Shown in pieces: positions 38,130 to 52,052 of a stretch of DNA of 64,000 nucleotides. Below the pieces are notes generated by a model. The model saw only the letters and a list, made by a program, of their open reading frames with translations, was not told where the DNA came from and ran no database searches. The translations under genes were made by a program, and so were the position numbers. How positions within the stretch are numbered: the stretch's first letter is position 1; every line of letters begins with the position of its first letter. The DNA comes from Sphyrna mokarran (Eukaryota), in the NCBI GenBank assembly GCA_024679065.1, contig JAGIQG010000012.1, forward strand, positions 55,118,001 to 55,182,000, given 5' to 3'.

Positions 38130-39355
38130 CATTTTTGGAATATAAGCGACAACAGCAAGGCCAACCTACACTGCCATCTCTAATTGTCCTTGAGAAGATC
38201 ATGGTGTGTCAACTCCCTGAATTGTTGCAGTGGTGTAAATACATACAATGTCCCAAGTCAGGCTGGTATGTGACTTGGAAGGGAACTTGCTAGTAGTACT
38301 GTTCTCATGCTTCTGCTGCAATGATGTCTTGGGGTTTGAATAATCAGATTCCACAACCATCTTCCTTGTGCTAGGCATGACACAGCCAGTGGAGAATGTT
38401 CCACCTGCTTCATATTGACTTCAATTTTGTGAAGGTTCTTTCAGTAAAGGCTGTGAATTGGAAAGTGCTATCAAGGTAGTCCTGGCAAATTGCTGCAATG
38501 CTAAGCTGGGATGTTGTCAGGACCTATAGCTTTTGCTGCATCCACTGCCTTTGGCTGTTTCTGGCTATAATGTGGAGTGAATCAAATTGGCTAAAGATTG
38601 GCATGTGATGTTGGAGAAGGCCAGATGGATCATTACTTGGCACTTCTGGGTGAAGATGGTTACAAATGCGTCAACTTTAACTTTTTTACTGACTTGCTCA
38701 GTCTGCCATCATTGAAAATAGTGATTTTTGTTGAGCCTCCACTCTAGTTAGTTGTTTAATTGTCTACACCATTTATCACAGTATGTGGCAGGACTGTAGA
38801 ATTTTGATCTGATTCATTGGTTTTAATGTTGTTCAGCTCAGTCTATAACATGCTGATTCTGCTATTTAGCAAGCACATTGACCTAGGTTGAAGCTTCACC
38901 AAGTTGGCATTTCATTTATAGATATACAAGATGCTGCTCCTGGCATGCTCTCCTGCACGCCTCATTGAACCAGAATTGGCCCCCAGATATTAGGAGGACT
39001 TGGCAGGTTGCGCCACCTTTATTTCCAGTGCCCAAGTCAATACTGGATGATCTGTCTGGTTTCATTCTTATTTGACTTTTCTGTGGAACGGAGCAGCTTG
39101 CTGAGTCACTTTAGAGGGAAGTTAAGAGTCAACTGCATTGCTGCAGGTCTGGAAACATGTTGGCCAAACCAAGTCTGCCCCAAGGACATTAGCAAACCAG
39201 ATAGAGTTCAATTTCAAATATGGCAGTTTCATGAACATCATCACTGAGACTAACTTTTTATTTCAGATTTATTTATTAATTGAATTTAAGTTCCCTCACT
39301 GCCATGGTGGGATTTGATCTCATGTCTCTGGCATTACTACTATGCTGTTGTCATC
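38130..39355 (-). mobile_element. Internally deleted LINE with a tRNA-like 5' head
   Basis: On the minus strand a SINE-like head (39355-39080) runs into ORF remnants (WFNEACRRACQEQH; ...AFVTIFTQKCQ) and then the same 3' tail as 58970-59040. Confidence 0.7.
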
Positions 39356-39989
39356 CTTTCCACCCCAATACGATACTGTACCTATTGGTCTGAGATTGGT
39401 AGCTGTAGCATTGAGTTTAGCAGGTGTGTCTATGCTACTTGACTCTGATTTGAGTCCTCCTCCACAGCCCTGCAAGTTAAATATTTATGTTGTGAGAGAA
39501 GTAGGCATAATGTAGATACATTTCAGTAAATTATGAGCAAGTTTAAAATATGTCAAGGAATTCCAAGGAACCTTTGTTAGGTTACAGCTCAAATAGTTGC
39601 CCAGTTAATAAGCAGAAACTCAAAAGTAATCTCTGGATTACTGTGTAAGCCATGCATAAATTGGTATAGGGTCAAACTGACTATGGTTCAAATAGTGGTG
39701 TAATGCACAGAGATTTTGTATCATGGAGACTGACATTACTACTGGAGAAAAAGGGAGCTGTCTGATGGAACAAGACTCAATTTAAACTAGGCCAGCATTA
39801 GTGATCTGGTGATTGTATAATAAAACTATAGTTAAGGTTTTAAACTGAATGGGGAAGGTTCAAGTGAGGTGAAAAGTCAAAGCCCCAGAACTGTCTAGTG
39901 ATCTTGGTTAAGAAAAAGTGAGACAGCAAGAGACAAAAAGATCCATTCATGAATAAGACCAAATCAAAAAAATGTAATAAAAGGTTTAA

Positions 39990-40250
39990 ATTAAAGTGCT
40001 TGAGCTGAATATACAAAATCATTTGTGAAATGATAAGACAAATTAATGGCACGTATGGGGATAAACGGATTTGAACCAATTGCCTTTAAGCAACCAAGAT
40101 TGGGAACTAAGTATCCCAGGGTACTTGTTATTTAGAAATGACAAGTAAAATAGGAAAGGGTAGAGACAGTGTAAGGGAACACACAGAGACAGCACTGGAA
40201 TGCCAAGTAAATGAAGTGTGCAGCTGTGAATTTGGTTCAGGTGAGAATTT
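39990..40250 (+). mobile_element. CR1 endonuclease-region fragment, decayed
   Basis: 'gattgggaactaagtatcccagggtacttgttatttagaaatgac' translates as DWELSIPGYLLFRND. Confidence 0.6.
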
Positions 40251-40544
40251 GGCATGGAGGGGCAAAAAAGTGTTCCTTTTTCGACTTCCTTTTAACCTCA
40301 ATTTAATAGGTTAAATGAGTGTGCAAATGAGATATCTTCTTCAATTCTCTATCTGAAGGCAGGTCTTTGATGATAATTTGCTAAACCACAGAAAAATGCC
40401 ATAATTTTTTTTGCTACAGTTAGGATAAGGAGGCTTGCTCTGATCTTTTCTGCTGGAATGCAGAGTGAACCTTGTGCTGTTGACACTAAACTGATCCATA
40501 TGTTAACCCTCTAGCCAACAAAGCTAACCAGCCATGCAGATAGA

Positions 40545-41565
40545 ATATAATATAGAAATATGAAGTTATTCACTTCAGCAGGAATAATATATTTTAAATG
40601 GTGTAAAACTATTGAATATTGGTGTTCAGAGGGATATAGGTGTCCTTGTACAAGTAGCACACACCAAGTAATTAGGGAAGCAAATTGTCTGTTGGCTTTT
40701 AATTGCAATTGGGAGTATTTGGAGTAAGAATAAGGGAGTTTCACATAATTGTTCAGAGTTTGGTGAGGTCACACTTCAAGTACTGTGCATGATTTTGTTA
40801 TGTGTATCTAAGAAAAACTACATTTGCCTCAGATGAGATACATGAAGGTTCTTTAGATTGATTTCTGAGATGTGAGGGTTCTCTTATGACCAGAGTGGGG
40901 CTATTCTCTCTGGTATTTTTGATTTTTCCCTGGCTGAAGAGTTTAGGACTATGGGGCATAGACTCAGGATACAGTGATGGCCATTTCCACTTAAGCTGTG
41001 CTGTCAGCTGCAGCTCAATTGGTGGTACTGTCAGCTCAGAATCAGAAAATTGTGGGTTACAGTACCACTCCAGGACTTCAGCTCAAAAATCTAGGCTTGA
41101 CATTCCAATGTAATACTATCACAGGTGCCATCTTTTGGATGAGATCACTAAACCAAGGACTTGTTTGGAGGGGAGTTATCCTTATTGGCCAATATGTATC
41201 TTTCAATCAATATCGCAAAATCAGATTACATAGTCATTAACGCACTTGTTTGTAGAAGTTTGTTGTATACAAAATTGCATGCGACTTTTTCTAAAGTGCA
41301 AAATGCTTCATTTGGAGGTTGTGAAAATGGCAATATAAATCTTTTTTTTTTCCACTTAGATGTTTGCGAATTGTTGGGCTATAGACACTCAGTCATTAGT
41401 ATATTCAAGGCCGAGATCAACAGATTTCTGGACTCTTAAGGAAATCAAGGAAAATGGGGATCAGGCAGTAAAGTAGACTTAAGGAACATTCATGATTTTA
41501 TTAAATGGCAGAGAAGGCTCAAAGATCCATATTCCCTATTTCTGCTCCCATTTGTTACGATCTTC
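40545..41565 (+). mobile_element. CR1 LINE 3' fragment, interrupted by a DeuSINE
   Basis: VQRDIGVLVQ and LFRVW.GHTSSTVH-type remnants, then IFKAEINRFLDS and a CR1 tail at about 41500-41560. Confidence 0.75.
41000..41350 (+). mobile_element. DeuSINE-family SINE (SacSINE1-like)
   Basis: Head 'gtcagctgcagctcaattggtggtactgtcagctcagaatcagaaaattgtgggttacagtaccactccag' and Deu-like body 'gccatcttttggatgagatcactaaacc...ggccaatatgtatctttcaatcaa'. Confidence 0.7.
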
Positions 41566-42394
41566 AGAGCTCACAATGAATAAAGTACATGTCCAGTACA
41601 ATGTGAAGCAATCATTTAAAAGTGCTCATTAAGTGTTTAAGACTCTTACTTTTATTATTTTTAAAGTTAGGAGAAAGTGGACTCTGCCACCTATTATTCT
41701 TAACATTACATATTAGCAGCTCAAGGAATGATCATTGATCTTTTATCATTGATCTCAACGCAACCTGCAACTGCCAGTACAGTCAGAGGAGCCAAATATA
41801 CAATGCACTATAGAGAAATTGAGCCAGAAAACTTCAGTACAGTTGAAGCTAAGTGGAACTAGTAAGAATTATAGAAATAAATTGCCTCCTGGAAACCCAT
41901 CTAGTCTTTATAACCATTAAAGTATGTGATGACTAACAAATACAACTAAATATGCCAAATAACGTTCCAACTCAGATCGTTTACTTGAATAAGGAAAAAA
42001 AAATCAAATCAAGTGGGTAAATATGGCTTATTTTTCACAATAAGACGAGATTTGGCTTCATTATGAGCCCATCATGGCAGAAGCTGTTAAAAATGGCAAA
42101 GTTTTTTTTTAACCATTTACCAAGGCTGCAAAAATCCCACCCTCCCCTCCCGCCAGAGCATGTAGAAATTACTGTAGAAATTCCAATTTCTATGTTTCAA
42201 GTTAGTGAAATAAAATTTCAATGTCAACTAAATCTCAGTGCTATTTTTGATGTAGACTTAAGTGCTACCAATGGAGTCAAGCTGAAAAATGCTGTCTAAA
42301 ATTATGTCTAACAATGCAGTCTTGGATTTTAAAAAGTGGCAAATAATAATGCTGCTGATATATTTTACAATAGCTAGCATGGTGCCTTTCATTT

Positions 42395-42705
42395 TAAAAG
42401 GAATTGCTTACCTTGAACCCTAGTTGACACACTTTTGAAAGCCTCTCATTTACCAGATGTCCCTTTGCCTGCCAACAGACTCCGTCAACTTTTGAAAGAT
42501 CCTGCCTGATACTATCAAAATTGGCCTCATCCCAAGTTAGAATTTTAAATTTTGGGCCAGACCTATCAATCTTCATAGCTATCTTAAAACTAATAGAATT
42601 ATGGTCACCAATGTCAAAGTGATCCTTCACTAACACTTCTGTTACTTGCCTTTCCTTATCTCTCAGGAGGAGGACAAGTTTTGCGACTTCTCTTGTCAGG
42701 CCAGG
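42395..42705 (-). mobile_element. CR1 ORF2 internal fragment
   Basis: DHFDIGDHNSISFKIAMKIDRSGPKFKILTWDEANFDSIRQDLSKVD. Confidence 0.85.
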
Positions 42706-42752
42706 AATTGTGCCTCTGAATTGATCTAGACTGAGGCATAAGAAATCATTTT

Positions 42753-43103
42753 AGGGTGGCACAGTAGTACAGTAGTGGTTAGAACTGCTGCTTCACAGCT
42801 CTAGGGAACTAGGTTCGATTCCTGGCTTGGATCACTGTCTGTGTGGAGTTTGCACATTCACCTTGTGTCTGCGTGGTTTCCTCTGGGTACTCTGGTTTCT
42901 CCTAAAGTCCAAAGATGTGCGGGTTAGGTTGATTGGCCATGCTAAATTGATCGTAGGTACATAGGTTAGAGAGGTTTAGTGGGTAAAATGTGTACAGATT
43001 GGGGGGTAGGGCCAGGATGGGATTGTGGTCAGTGTAAACTCAATTGGCTGAAGGGTCTCTTACTGTACTGTAGGGATTCTATGATATTTCTATGATTCTA
43101 TGA
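42753..43103 (+). mobile_element. HE1/V-SINE, near full length, CR1-type tail
   Basis: A box 'tagtacagtagtgg', B box 'ggttcgattcc', V-domain, and tail 'tagggattctatgatatttctatgattctatga'. Confidence 0.92.
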
Positions 43104-43284
43104 AAAAAGGGACTGTCACTCTATTGAGAGTATATTAAAGATCATTCAGTATGAGAAAGATAGAAAAAATGCGTACAAATTGAATAGAAGTGCACAAATA
43201 AAATACAATAATAACTTTAGTTATTCAAGATAGACGAATATGAGAGAAGGGTTTGGATTTCTACAATGTTCTACAAGTACCATT

Positions 43285-43640
43285 TGGATTTAAAATTTTT
43301 CACCCATGTTTTCAAATCTCTTTTTGGTCTTGTCCCTCCCTATCTCTGTGATCTCCTCTAATTTTACAATCCTCTGAGACATCTGTACTCCCTCTAATTC
43401 TGGACTCTTGTGCATTCCCAATCATAATTACTCTACTAATGGTGCTGCACTTTCAGTTGCCCAGGTTCAAGCTTTTGAACTCCCTCCCTGCACCTTGCTT
43501 ACCTCCAATAAGTTACATCTTAAAAACTTGCTCCCTGACTCAGCATATCTCCTTATATAACTCAGTGTCATACTTCATTTTGTATTGTTCCAGGACTTTT
43601 CATCATTTTAAAGGTGATATGTAAGTTTTGGCAATTGTTT
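43285..43640 (+). mobile_element. L2 LINE 3' fragment
   Basis: FKIFTHVFKSLFGLVPPYLCDLL-like and KLLNSLP motifs. Confidence 0.7.
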
Positions 43641-43899
43641 TTGTACAGGATGCTTCCTCCATTTGTATATGTTCAATTGACCATGCAAAGAGGAAATACT
43701 GGATTTTGTTACGGGGAAAAAAAACTGGGGCAAGGAGATAACATAAAAAAAAACTTTCACTATTTAGGTTAAAAAGATGAAAAGAAGAAAGGAACAAGGG
43801 CAGAAGTAACTCAATAAAAATTAAACTTGTCCTGATTAACTGAAAAAAAAACACCAAATTCCTCTTAAACAAGAATAAATAAATAAGTGGAAACGTTCA

Positions 43900-44700
43900 G
43901 ATAGGGGATAATCTGATTACAGGCAAGACATATCTTCATAAATTGGTACAATGAAATCTGGGGTTTCCTAAGTAAGTAGAGAAATGGAAATTAGAGTTGA
44001 CAAAAAAAATGACAAATTGAGGGAAAATTGCACAAAAACATCAAATGAAACAAAAAAATACAAGGGATGCAACTAAAAATTAGAAAGGCTAAGAGATGGC
44101 ATGCAGAAAGACGGTAGATGGCAAAGGGAAATATAGGATTAGGAAAGAATATAAACACATATGAAATATAGTAAAGAATATCAGCCACCTTTGCTAACAA
44201 TGGGAAAGTTATGACAATAAGATGGGAGAAAATTTATTGGCCAATTAAGTTTAGAAAAGAACACCTTATGATGAACAATGGAGAAATGGAGCTATCATTT
44301 ATCTCTATTTTCACACAGGAGTATTATAGTGAGAACGAAAGTTACAGGAAGAGATAAAGCAAGAAGATCTAAGTATACACGAGGAAGTAGTGCTATAAAG
44401 ACATGATGGAAAAGACAACTGCCCTGATGACATGAATCCTAGAATGCAGTGGTTAGTCAGACATAAAATTGCAGGGGCCTCAGATTCAACTTTCAAGATA
44501 TGTAAATTGTCCAAGAAAGCTGGAGGCTTTCAATATTAGAACTCTATTCACACTGGGAGAAAAGGAGAAAAGTCATAATATAAATTAATAATTGTATATA
44601 AAGTATGAATTCATCAAAGGGAGGCAGTTTAAAATTGTAAACTGAAAGTTGTGTCTGACAAACTTAATAGTGTTCTTTGAAGAAATGGGAGTGTATCGAT
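43900..44700 (+). mobile_element. Highly decayed CR1 ORF2 fragment
   Basis: A-rich, with remnants such as 'gaggaagtagtgcta...gccctgatgacatgaatcctaga' (PDDMNPR) and 'tgtctgacaaacttaatagtgttctttgaagaa' (CLTNLIVFFEE). Confidence 0.55.
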
Positions 44701-45741
44701 GAACAACTTCTCTCTGCCTGAACTCTCATATATTAAAAGAAAACAACATTATCTATTAGTGTAGTACCGTTACTGTTTTTCACTGAATTAAACCAGTGAT
44801 CTGATATATATGTAATGGGTGGTAACCAAGCTAAAGAAAGTCACATGACTAGGTTACATTTCGGACTTCTTACTGTGCCCACCTCAGTCCAATGCCTGCA
44901 TCTCCACATCATGTTATACTCAAACAAATGTCACTGTATTATTGGTTGCAACACAGTTACTTGAACTAATAGGTTTTTTATGTCAAAGTGCTCTTTGAAG
45001 AGGAAATAATGGACCTCAAGTAATGATTGCAAATATGGTAAATCGAGAAAAGCAACAATTATAGGAACAGAATTCTAGAAAATGGGACATAGTGGGTTTC
45101 ATTTATTTTCTGTTCAGTTTGTAAAGTGTGATAAGAACATCCCGTTTTATTGAGTTAGACTCTGTAGTGAAATTATCGATACAGAAAGGTTATACTATTT
45201 TGAGTATTTTGCTTTTATTTCTGTCCAAATTAATTAGGAAGCCCTATTTGACAGAAAATGCCACTAATCAAAGTCTAAAAATTTTGCTGAACAAAGCAAA
45301 TGTTTAAATAGTGTTTTGATTTTGTGGGGAAAAGCTTTTTTTTAAATGTAAAAACAGATATTTCTTACTTTTACTACAAGGTGTGTATTTTTACAAAACG
45401 TGTTTGTAAGTTTAGTGCTCCACAAGAATGACAAACATACTTTGAAATGCCAGTAAATTAGCCTCAAGTATTCATTATGAATGTCAATTGAGAGTCTTTT
45501 GAACTTCCATTCCAGAAAATATTAGGTTTTACCCAATGCTTGAAATTATATGGGCATCAAAAAAGATATTGCAAGGATTTCACTCAGCATTAACTATGCT
45601 GTGCTCTTTCTGTTTTATGTTTATCTCTTGTGCTATAACACTCCATTGTTAATTTAATGCTGTTCTACTTTCAATGCAATTAAATTTCAAAAGATTATAT
45701 TTTGTTGGCTGGAGAGTTCTTCCTTTTAGAGAACGCCACAG

Positions 45742-45857
45742 AATATGGGAATAGGGTGGGATAGAGGACCTGGGTAAGATATTTGTCAGAGAGTCAGTGC
45801 AGACTTAATGGGCTGAATGGCCTCTTCTGCATTGTAGGGATTCTATGTTTCTATGTT
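45742..45857 (+). mobile_element. V-SINE / CR1 3' tail fragment
   Basis: 'gtcagtgcagacttaatgggctgaatggcctcttctgcattgtagggattctatg'. Confidence 0.75.
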
Positions 45858-47829
45858 TTGTCATTAAATTGACTAAGACTGAAATGCAAATGTGTAACAC
45901 TATTTATAATTTTATTTATTGATACTGTCCAAATAAATTGTCAATCACTATCATTTTAAGGGTAACATTGCAATGAGATCTGTCAAGGAACAGTTCCTAA
46001 TACTAAACAGTACATTGCCAAAATGGAACAATTTTAATTTACAGCAAAAAAAATGGTATATCGACACTGCCACTTAAGATTTTGTATTGGTTAGAAGAGA
46101 AATAATACAGAATGAAAAAGCCAGAGGTAAGTCTTGTGGATCATATTTCTCCTTGAAAAACTTAATATCTCTCTTGTCAAGGAGAATTCTTGTTATCTGA
46201 TGGTTGTTAATCATGGCTCAATGATGCCATGACATTACAATGCAAGTAAAAGAGGCAGGTCCCAAAAACTACCTCAGTCAGTACAGGAACTGAATCCAGG
46301 CTATTGGAGTTAACAAGCACGACACATTGAGCTAATTGGCCCTAATCAGACTTGACCAGACCTTTTTTTTCCCCCAAATTGCTTTCCTCATGTTTACTTT
46401 TCAAACAATTTAAGCATTAACCACATTAATGTCATGCTGTAGGAGAAAAACGGTTTTGGCAATCTACTTTTTCTAGTTTTTAAAGAGTTTAAACATTCTA
46501 AAAACATACAAGGCAAATCAATTTCAGAGCCCAGGCTAATTAAACCAAGGGAGACTGGTCGGCAAATTCCTTCACTCTTATGCATACAAATGTATTTTTC
46601 TAAAGAAACGTCCGCAAGCGTATGAAGCAAATTCTCAAAATCCTATTGCTAAATCTATTCTATTTGTCAGATTGAATTAAAAACATTGCAGATTATTTTT
46701 AAGGTGGATATGGAGCCACCTGTTTTATGCTGACCAATTAATGTTTTTAAATAGTTGTTTTCTTTTAAAAACAAGAACTGTAGCCTGCATATGCAGGAGC
46801 ATGACGCAAATAGTTCTTGGCCACAGTATTTTGTACCTGACTGTGATCCTTCCTGGCTGCAGGGCAAAACCAAAGGCTGTGGGAGAAAGGGGATATATTT
46901 TAATAACACCATTTTTATGAGCATGTGCTGTCACATGGCAGTCCAGTACGTGCATTTTGGCCATTAAATAACCACTACAATAGTGCAACCCCAGGCTATA
47001 CTGTTATATTCTGTTATTTAATGGTACATTTTATGGGACGTTTAAGAGTCCTCACTAACTCTTTTATGACTTTGATTTGAGTGCAAACAAGCATTCAGCT
47101 TGAAAATTTCCACTGCCAAGGTGGTTGTTCAACATTACAAAAAATGCATGTTAAGTAGCTTCTTAGAACAGTAGAACACTCTGAAGAGCTATTATTGTGC
47201 TTTCGCTATCAAGAAAATTAAACATACTTTTTACAACAAAAATAGGCAACAATTTAAAATCATATGTCAACAAATGCTGCAGTGCTCTTTCCACTGATCT
47301 CTGCTTTAGTGTAGATTGGCTTTCCTGCTGACATTAGTGGAGGAGATAGGAAAATTCCTGTTCAAGTTTTCTCTGTACAATTTTGCAGGCTAGAAAAGGG
47401 CTGCATTAGGCCCATTGTGCATATACTGGCTTTCTGAAATTGCTTAGTAATTAATCTTATACTCCTGCTCGTACTGATACCATCACTTTTTCTTTTTCAA
47501 ATATTGATCCACTTCTGTTTTAAAAGCTATTATAAACTCCATTTCCACCACAGTTTCTGCTAAGAAATGTAGTTAAAAAGAAAACTTGGAACTACATTTT
47601 TCCTTCCACAAAAAGTTTAAAAAAGGCATTAAAAGGCAAAATACAAATCGATTAACAAATGTAATAATTCTATTCCAGCAGTAGCACTAGCTGTCTTCTC
47701 ATTTGCATGCCCCTCTGCAAAGCAGAGGGGATGGTCACTCAGATTCAGCTTCAAAGAAATGGGATCTCCATCATTGGGTTTACATAGCAAATCTCTCAAC
47801 ATGCCGGAGCACTAGTATCTCTGGAGATT

Positions 47830-48480
47830 GACTTTGACAGCAGGTTCCTCCAACAAGACACCCTTCGCAGTGGAGCTAGTAAGCACATATTCTGGTGGCC
47901 AATTAACTGCCTATCACTGGAAGGCCCTTCCAGCCACTGACTCCACCAACACTACCTCCCGCCCCCGCCCATCCCATCTACCTCGCCTAGCTTTCATGTG
48001 CTCTCTTCTCCTGCAGAAAGAAAAAACAGAAAGATATAAGTAGCAATAGTTTTTAGGGTAGACTGAAAGGACAACATTTAAATATGGGCACAGATGCAAG
48101 AAGGCAACAGGCTGAGAGTGACTGTATCTGTTGGCTGCACAGATGGGATGTGAAGTGCCTGCAGAAAGTGGAATGAGTGCAATTACAAGGTGTGTTGTTC
48201 TGGAGAATGCTGCGCAGGAAAATGCTGGATAAGGCAAAGTATGGAGCTTGGCAGCTGAAACTGTTATACCACTCACCTGCCATGTCCTCCTGAGGTTGTG
48301 GATCCACTTGATGCACTGTCTACTGCTGGAGAGACCACACTTCTGCTGCTGACTTGCTCGGCCTCTTACATCCATGTCTACTTATCTAGGAGGTTGTCCT
48401 TGGCCAAGATCACCTCATTGTAACTCTGGACATCTGCAGCAGGATCTATAGGTTAGGAGTTGGAGGCCCAGGCTCAGGTC
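47830..48480 (-). mobile_element. Harbinger-type Myb/SANT gene relic (two exons)
   Basis: On the minus strand, ...RQCIKWIHNLRRTWQ|gtgagt gives a donor at about 48276. An acceptor 'tttctgcag|GAGAAGAGAGCACAT' (EKRAH) lies at about 48010. Confidence 0.6.
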
Positions 48481-51400
48481 ACATCTTCATTCCTGCAGTT
48501 GCTTCAGTCTCAAAGATCCATGTTCTGGTGAATCAATGTTGTGATCCCTTTTATTATTGATCCCTTTTATTATTGATCTCTTGATAGATCCAGTGCATCA
48601 CCCTGCTTGGCCTTCCTTAATTGGCAGTGAACGAGAAAATGGGATGCTAATGCCATGGGTCAGTTAAACAACTTCAGCAAAGCCCATTCCAGTTATGAAC
48701 AGATTTCTGACCTGGAAAGAGTCTCGCCATGTGGCCAGTGACTAAGTTGGAAAAGTCTACCCAAAGAAACCAATGGACTTATTTTTTTCAAAAACATTGA
48801 GTGATTACAGAGGTTTAAGAAATACTGTAATTAAGAAAAGGTAATATTCTGAGATAAGGTTTTATCACAATAACTTTAATCGGCAGTTTCAAAGTTAGAT
48901 ATGAGCATATCAAGTGTGAATTATAATCATAACACATAAGTAAAGATGGTGGATAGAGAATGTCTATCATATGCAAGATTTTTGATGACACACACATGCA
49001 TGTACACACACACACACACTTACATTTGTTACAAAGTTAAGAGTTTTTCAATTACATTAAAAATATTGATGAATGCATGTTTTTAAGATAGCCAGAAGCA
49101 CAAATAATGACAATGAGATTTTCAGAGTCAAAGCAACTTGTTTGATTCTCTCTCTACATAGTTCAATTTAGTTGTATAATGGGAGTTTTATTTGGATTAC
49201 TGTCAATTGCATAAAATTGTTGCTAATGATTTGGGAGTGGAGGTGGTGGATGGGTAGATGCGCCAGTAGCATTCTAAGAACAGAACTCAAATTACTTGCC
49301 ATTTCTCCAGTTACAAGTGGAGGCCAAATATTACTCATCTTGTTGGAATGTGTCTATAATGTGTTTCAACCTCCTATCTTGTTAAAGGAGGAATGGCAAG
49401 AATTAGGGAGAAAGAACCTCAACACCATCATATGGTTGGGGAGGGGACACCTATTGTATACCATGCATGCATACCTAATATGCAATTCCCAAAATAATTC
49501 TAAGTGTCAAATTCATGTAAGAACTGGAGTAAATCCCACTGTTTTTTTTCAGTGGGAGTTACAAAATGAGTCTCCCACACTCTGCATCACAGATAACCCT
49601 AGCATGAATTACTTCAAATATCTGTGGGCAGGGTCTATTCCTGCTGGAGAGGCCAGCAACATAGCGTTGAATGGGCCCATGTGATGCACCATATTTGTCA
49701 GTGTCGAGATCGGTTCATGTGCACTGAGCCAAAAGCAGGAGTCACAGTGAAGAGAATTATACGTTACAAAGAAGAAAATGTTGACAATTAAATCTTAATA
49801 ACTAAATAACTCTTTCTCCATTAAATCTGGTTCAATTGATGTCTTTATATTCTCTTACAATTGAATGTGAAAAGTCCAGAAGAAATATTCTATTACACTG
49901 GAAAGTAAATGAAAAATGCCCAATCATGGAACTTGGGTATAATGATGCCTGTGGATTGTCTTTGACTTGTAGCACTTACCTATAATGGCATTAGCTTCAT
50001 TCCCTAAACTTCAGCAGCTGAAACAGTTAATTTATCTTAATGTTTACAGATTTTGCACCAGGTCTTCTTTTACATCTGGACTATACAGGTCCACCTATGT
50101 TCAGTTGTCATATCACCCTTCTGTTCCATTAATTTGAAAGTTCAGTAATGGTAATCATGATATAATACATATGCAGAACCAATTTAAGAATTTTTGGGGT
50201 CCTCCACAAACACTGCACAATATTGGAACATAAAATGTGAAATCAATGTGTAATAATAAAGCTCATGAAGAAACAGGCATGTAAAATGTCTATACAGTAC
50301 ATTAATATTAAAGTAAATTCAATCACAATATTAAATATTTAAAATAATACCAGTTATACTCAGTTGTCCCATGTTAAAATGGGTTTTACATGTCTTAATC
50401 TGCCCTGATTCAATGAAAATTACAGGATATAATTATCAATCCCCTGATCCCAATGTGGATTTGTGCCTGGCGAGAGGGCTGTATATCTGTGTCTCCAACA
50501 TGTGTTTCCTTTGAGTATGGTTCTCCATTGGGACCACAGGATTAGTGAATTTAGCCAGTGAGTTTAATCTTTGAGAGAGCTCGTGTTAACTGATTATATG
50601 AACGTGATTGCATATTTTTGTAATTTTGTAAAGAAAGTTGCTTTCTTTGTTGATTTATTTCAGCAGTTACTTATTCACTCAAACGATTCGTTCACAATTC
50701 GAAATCAAACAGTCCCACAGCTAAGCAGGTGTTTCCCTTTCAGCAGGTACTATTTGGCTTAAAGTAAAAAACAGTCACATTTACCATGTTTCTCTGGGAT
50801 ATTGGTCTCAAAGCAGGAAGGATAACAAATAAGTTTGAGCATTGGTAATGATGAGGAATTATTGATGTAAATGATGTAAATGATACTCACTCTTGGTTAT
50901 GGGGGTCCTGGGAAAAGTGGACAAGTCTGTCATTACTGCCAGGCCCAGGAGTGTTAATCTGGAAAAGGAAAACAAATTGCTTAGAAGAGTCCATGATGTA
51001 TGTTGAGTTGTCAAAGCCAAAGATACAATGATCCTCTGTAGAGGGACTATGTTCCATCTATGGAGGTGAATATTTATCCTGGTGATGAAAAGGCCAGCAG
51101 TCAATGAAAGTATAATATACTAATGGAGCCTAAGGATTTGACTAAAGTTAACCTGTATTTTTCTTTGACTGCTACCTCATTTGCTTTGATGCGAAAATAA
51201 TTTTCTTAATTCCTTATTTTGCATGTTTGGAAGAAATGTAAAAAATCTCAATTTAACAAATTTATTTTTGAAGAAGACAGTCAGCAAAGACAAAAGCTCC
51301 AACAGCCTGAGACTTAGTTATCTTTCAGGTTTTACTTATTTCAATAAAATCAGTTCAATCTGATTAGCCTGGCATTAGAAAAATCAGAATATTCTGTTGC

Positions 51401-52052
51401 CGCCAAAACATACTTGCTAAGCCCCAATGTAAAGAGCAACAGAGCTAAGGAATGGGATTTTCTTGTTGGCTGGATCTTCCGGTGCAGTTGAGGGCCAACA
51501 CCCCCCCCCAGCAGAATCTAATTAAGACTCATGCAAAACTCATGAAGTACTTCTAGCAGATTTCAAAATAATGCTTAATCTAGATCTGTCTTTTTTCTGT
51601 TACAAAATAGTGATGCGGAATTGAAAACAAAGTATCTTTCTTAATAAAGATTAAAACCGTATGGAGCTAAATACCTTCTTAGTTTTACATGTAATTTAGT
51701 GTATTAAGTGTTGGAACCAACATTAAGTTGAGAGGGGTATGTAGAATGGGGAAAAATACTGATAAATGAATATCTTGTGGTGATAACATATTTTTGCTAG
51801 AATGCCTAGAAATCGTTTATATTTTAGACACAAACAATATTTTTTCGAGCCAAACAAATATACAAACCCATGACCCAAGTCCAGAATATTTCATTTGAAA
51901 AAAATTTGCAAAATTTTATTGTGAATCACTGATGAGCTTCGCTGGAATTTATTAATCCATTTTTTTACACCATGGTGGCAAAACTAGTAGCCTATGCATG
52001 TTTCACGGTGAGTTAAAGGTTCATGATCATACTATTTTATGGCTGACACAAT

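Noticed and set aside
42753-42830. tRNA genes (also at 20839, 37631 and 58665)
   Set aside because: The A/B boxes belong to SINE heads that continue into SINE bodies, and no complete cloverleaf is evident.
48542-48577. Short tandem duplication of 'tgatcccttttattat'
   Set aside because: It is an ordinary slippage duplication.
49172-49684. 170-aa ORF, the longest in the track
   Set aside because: It starts at a non-ATG codon, has no domain similarity, and runs into transposon-like sequence at its 3' end. It is a chance ORF.
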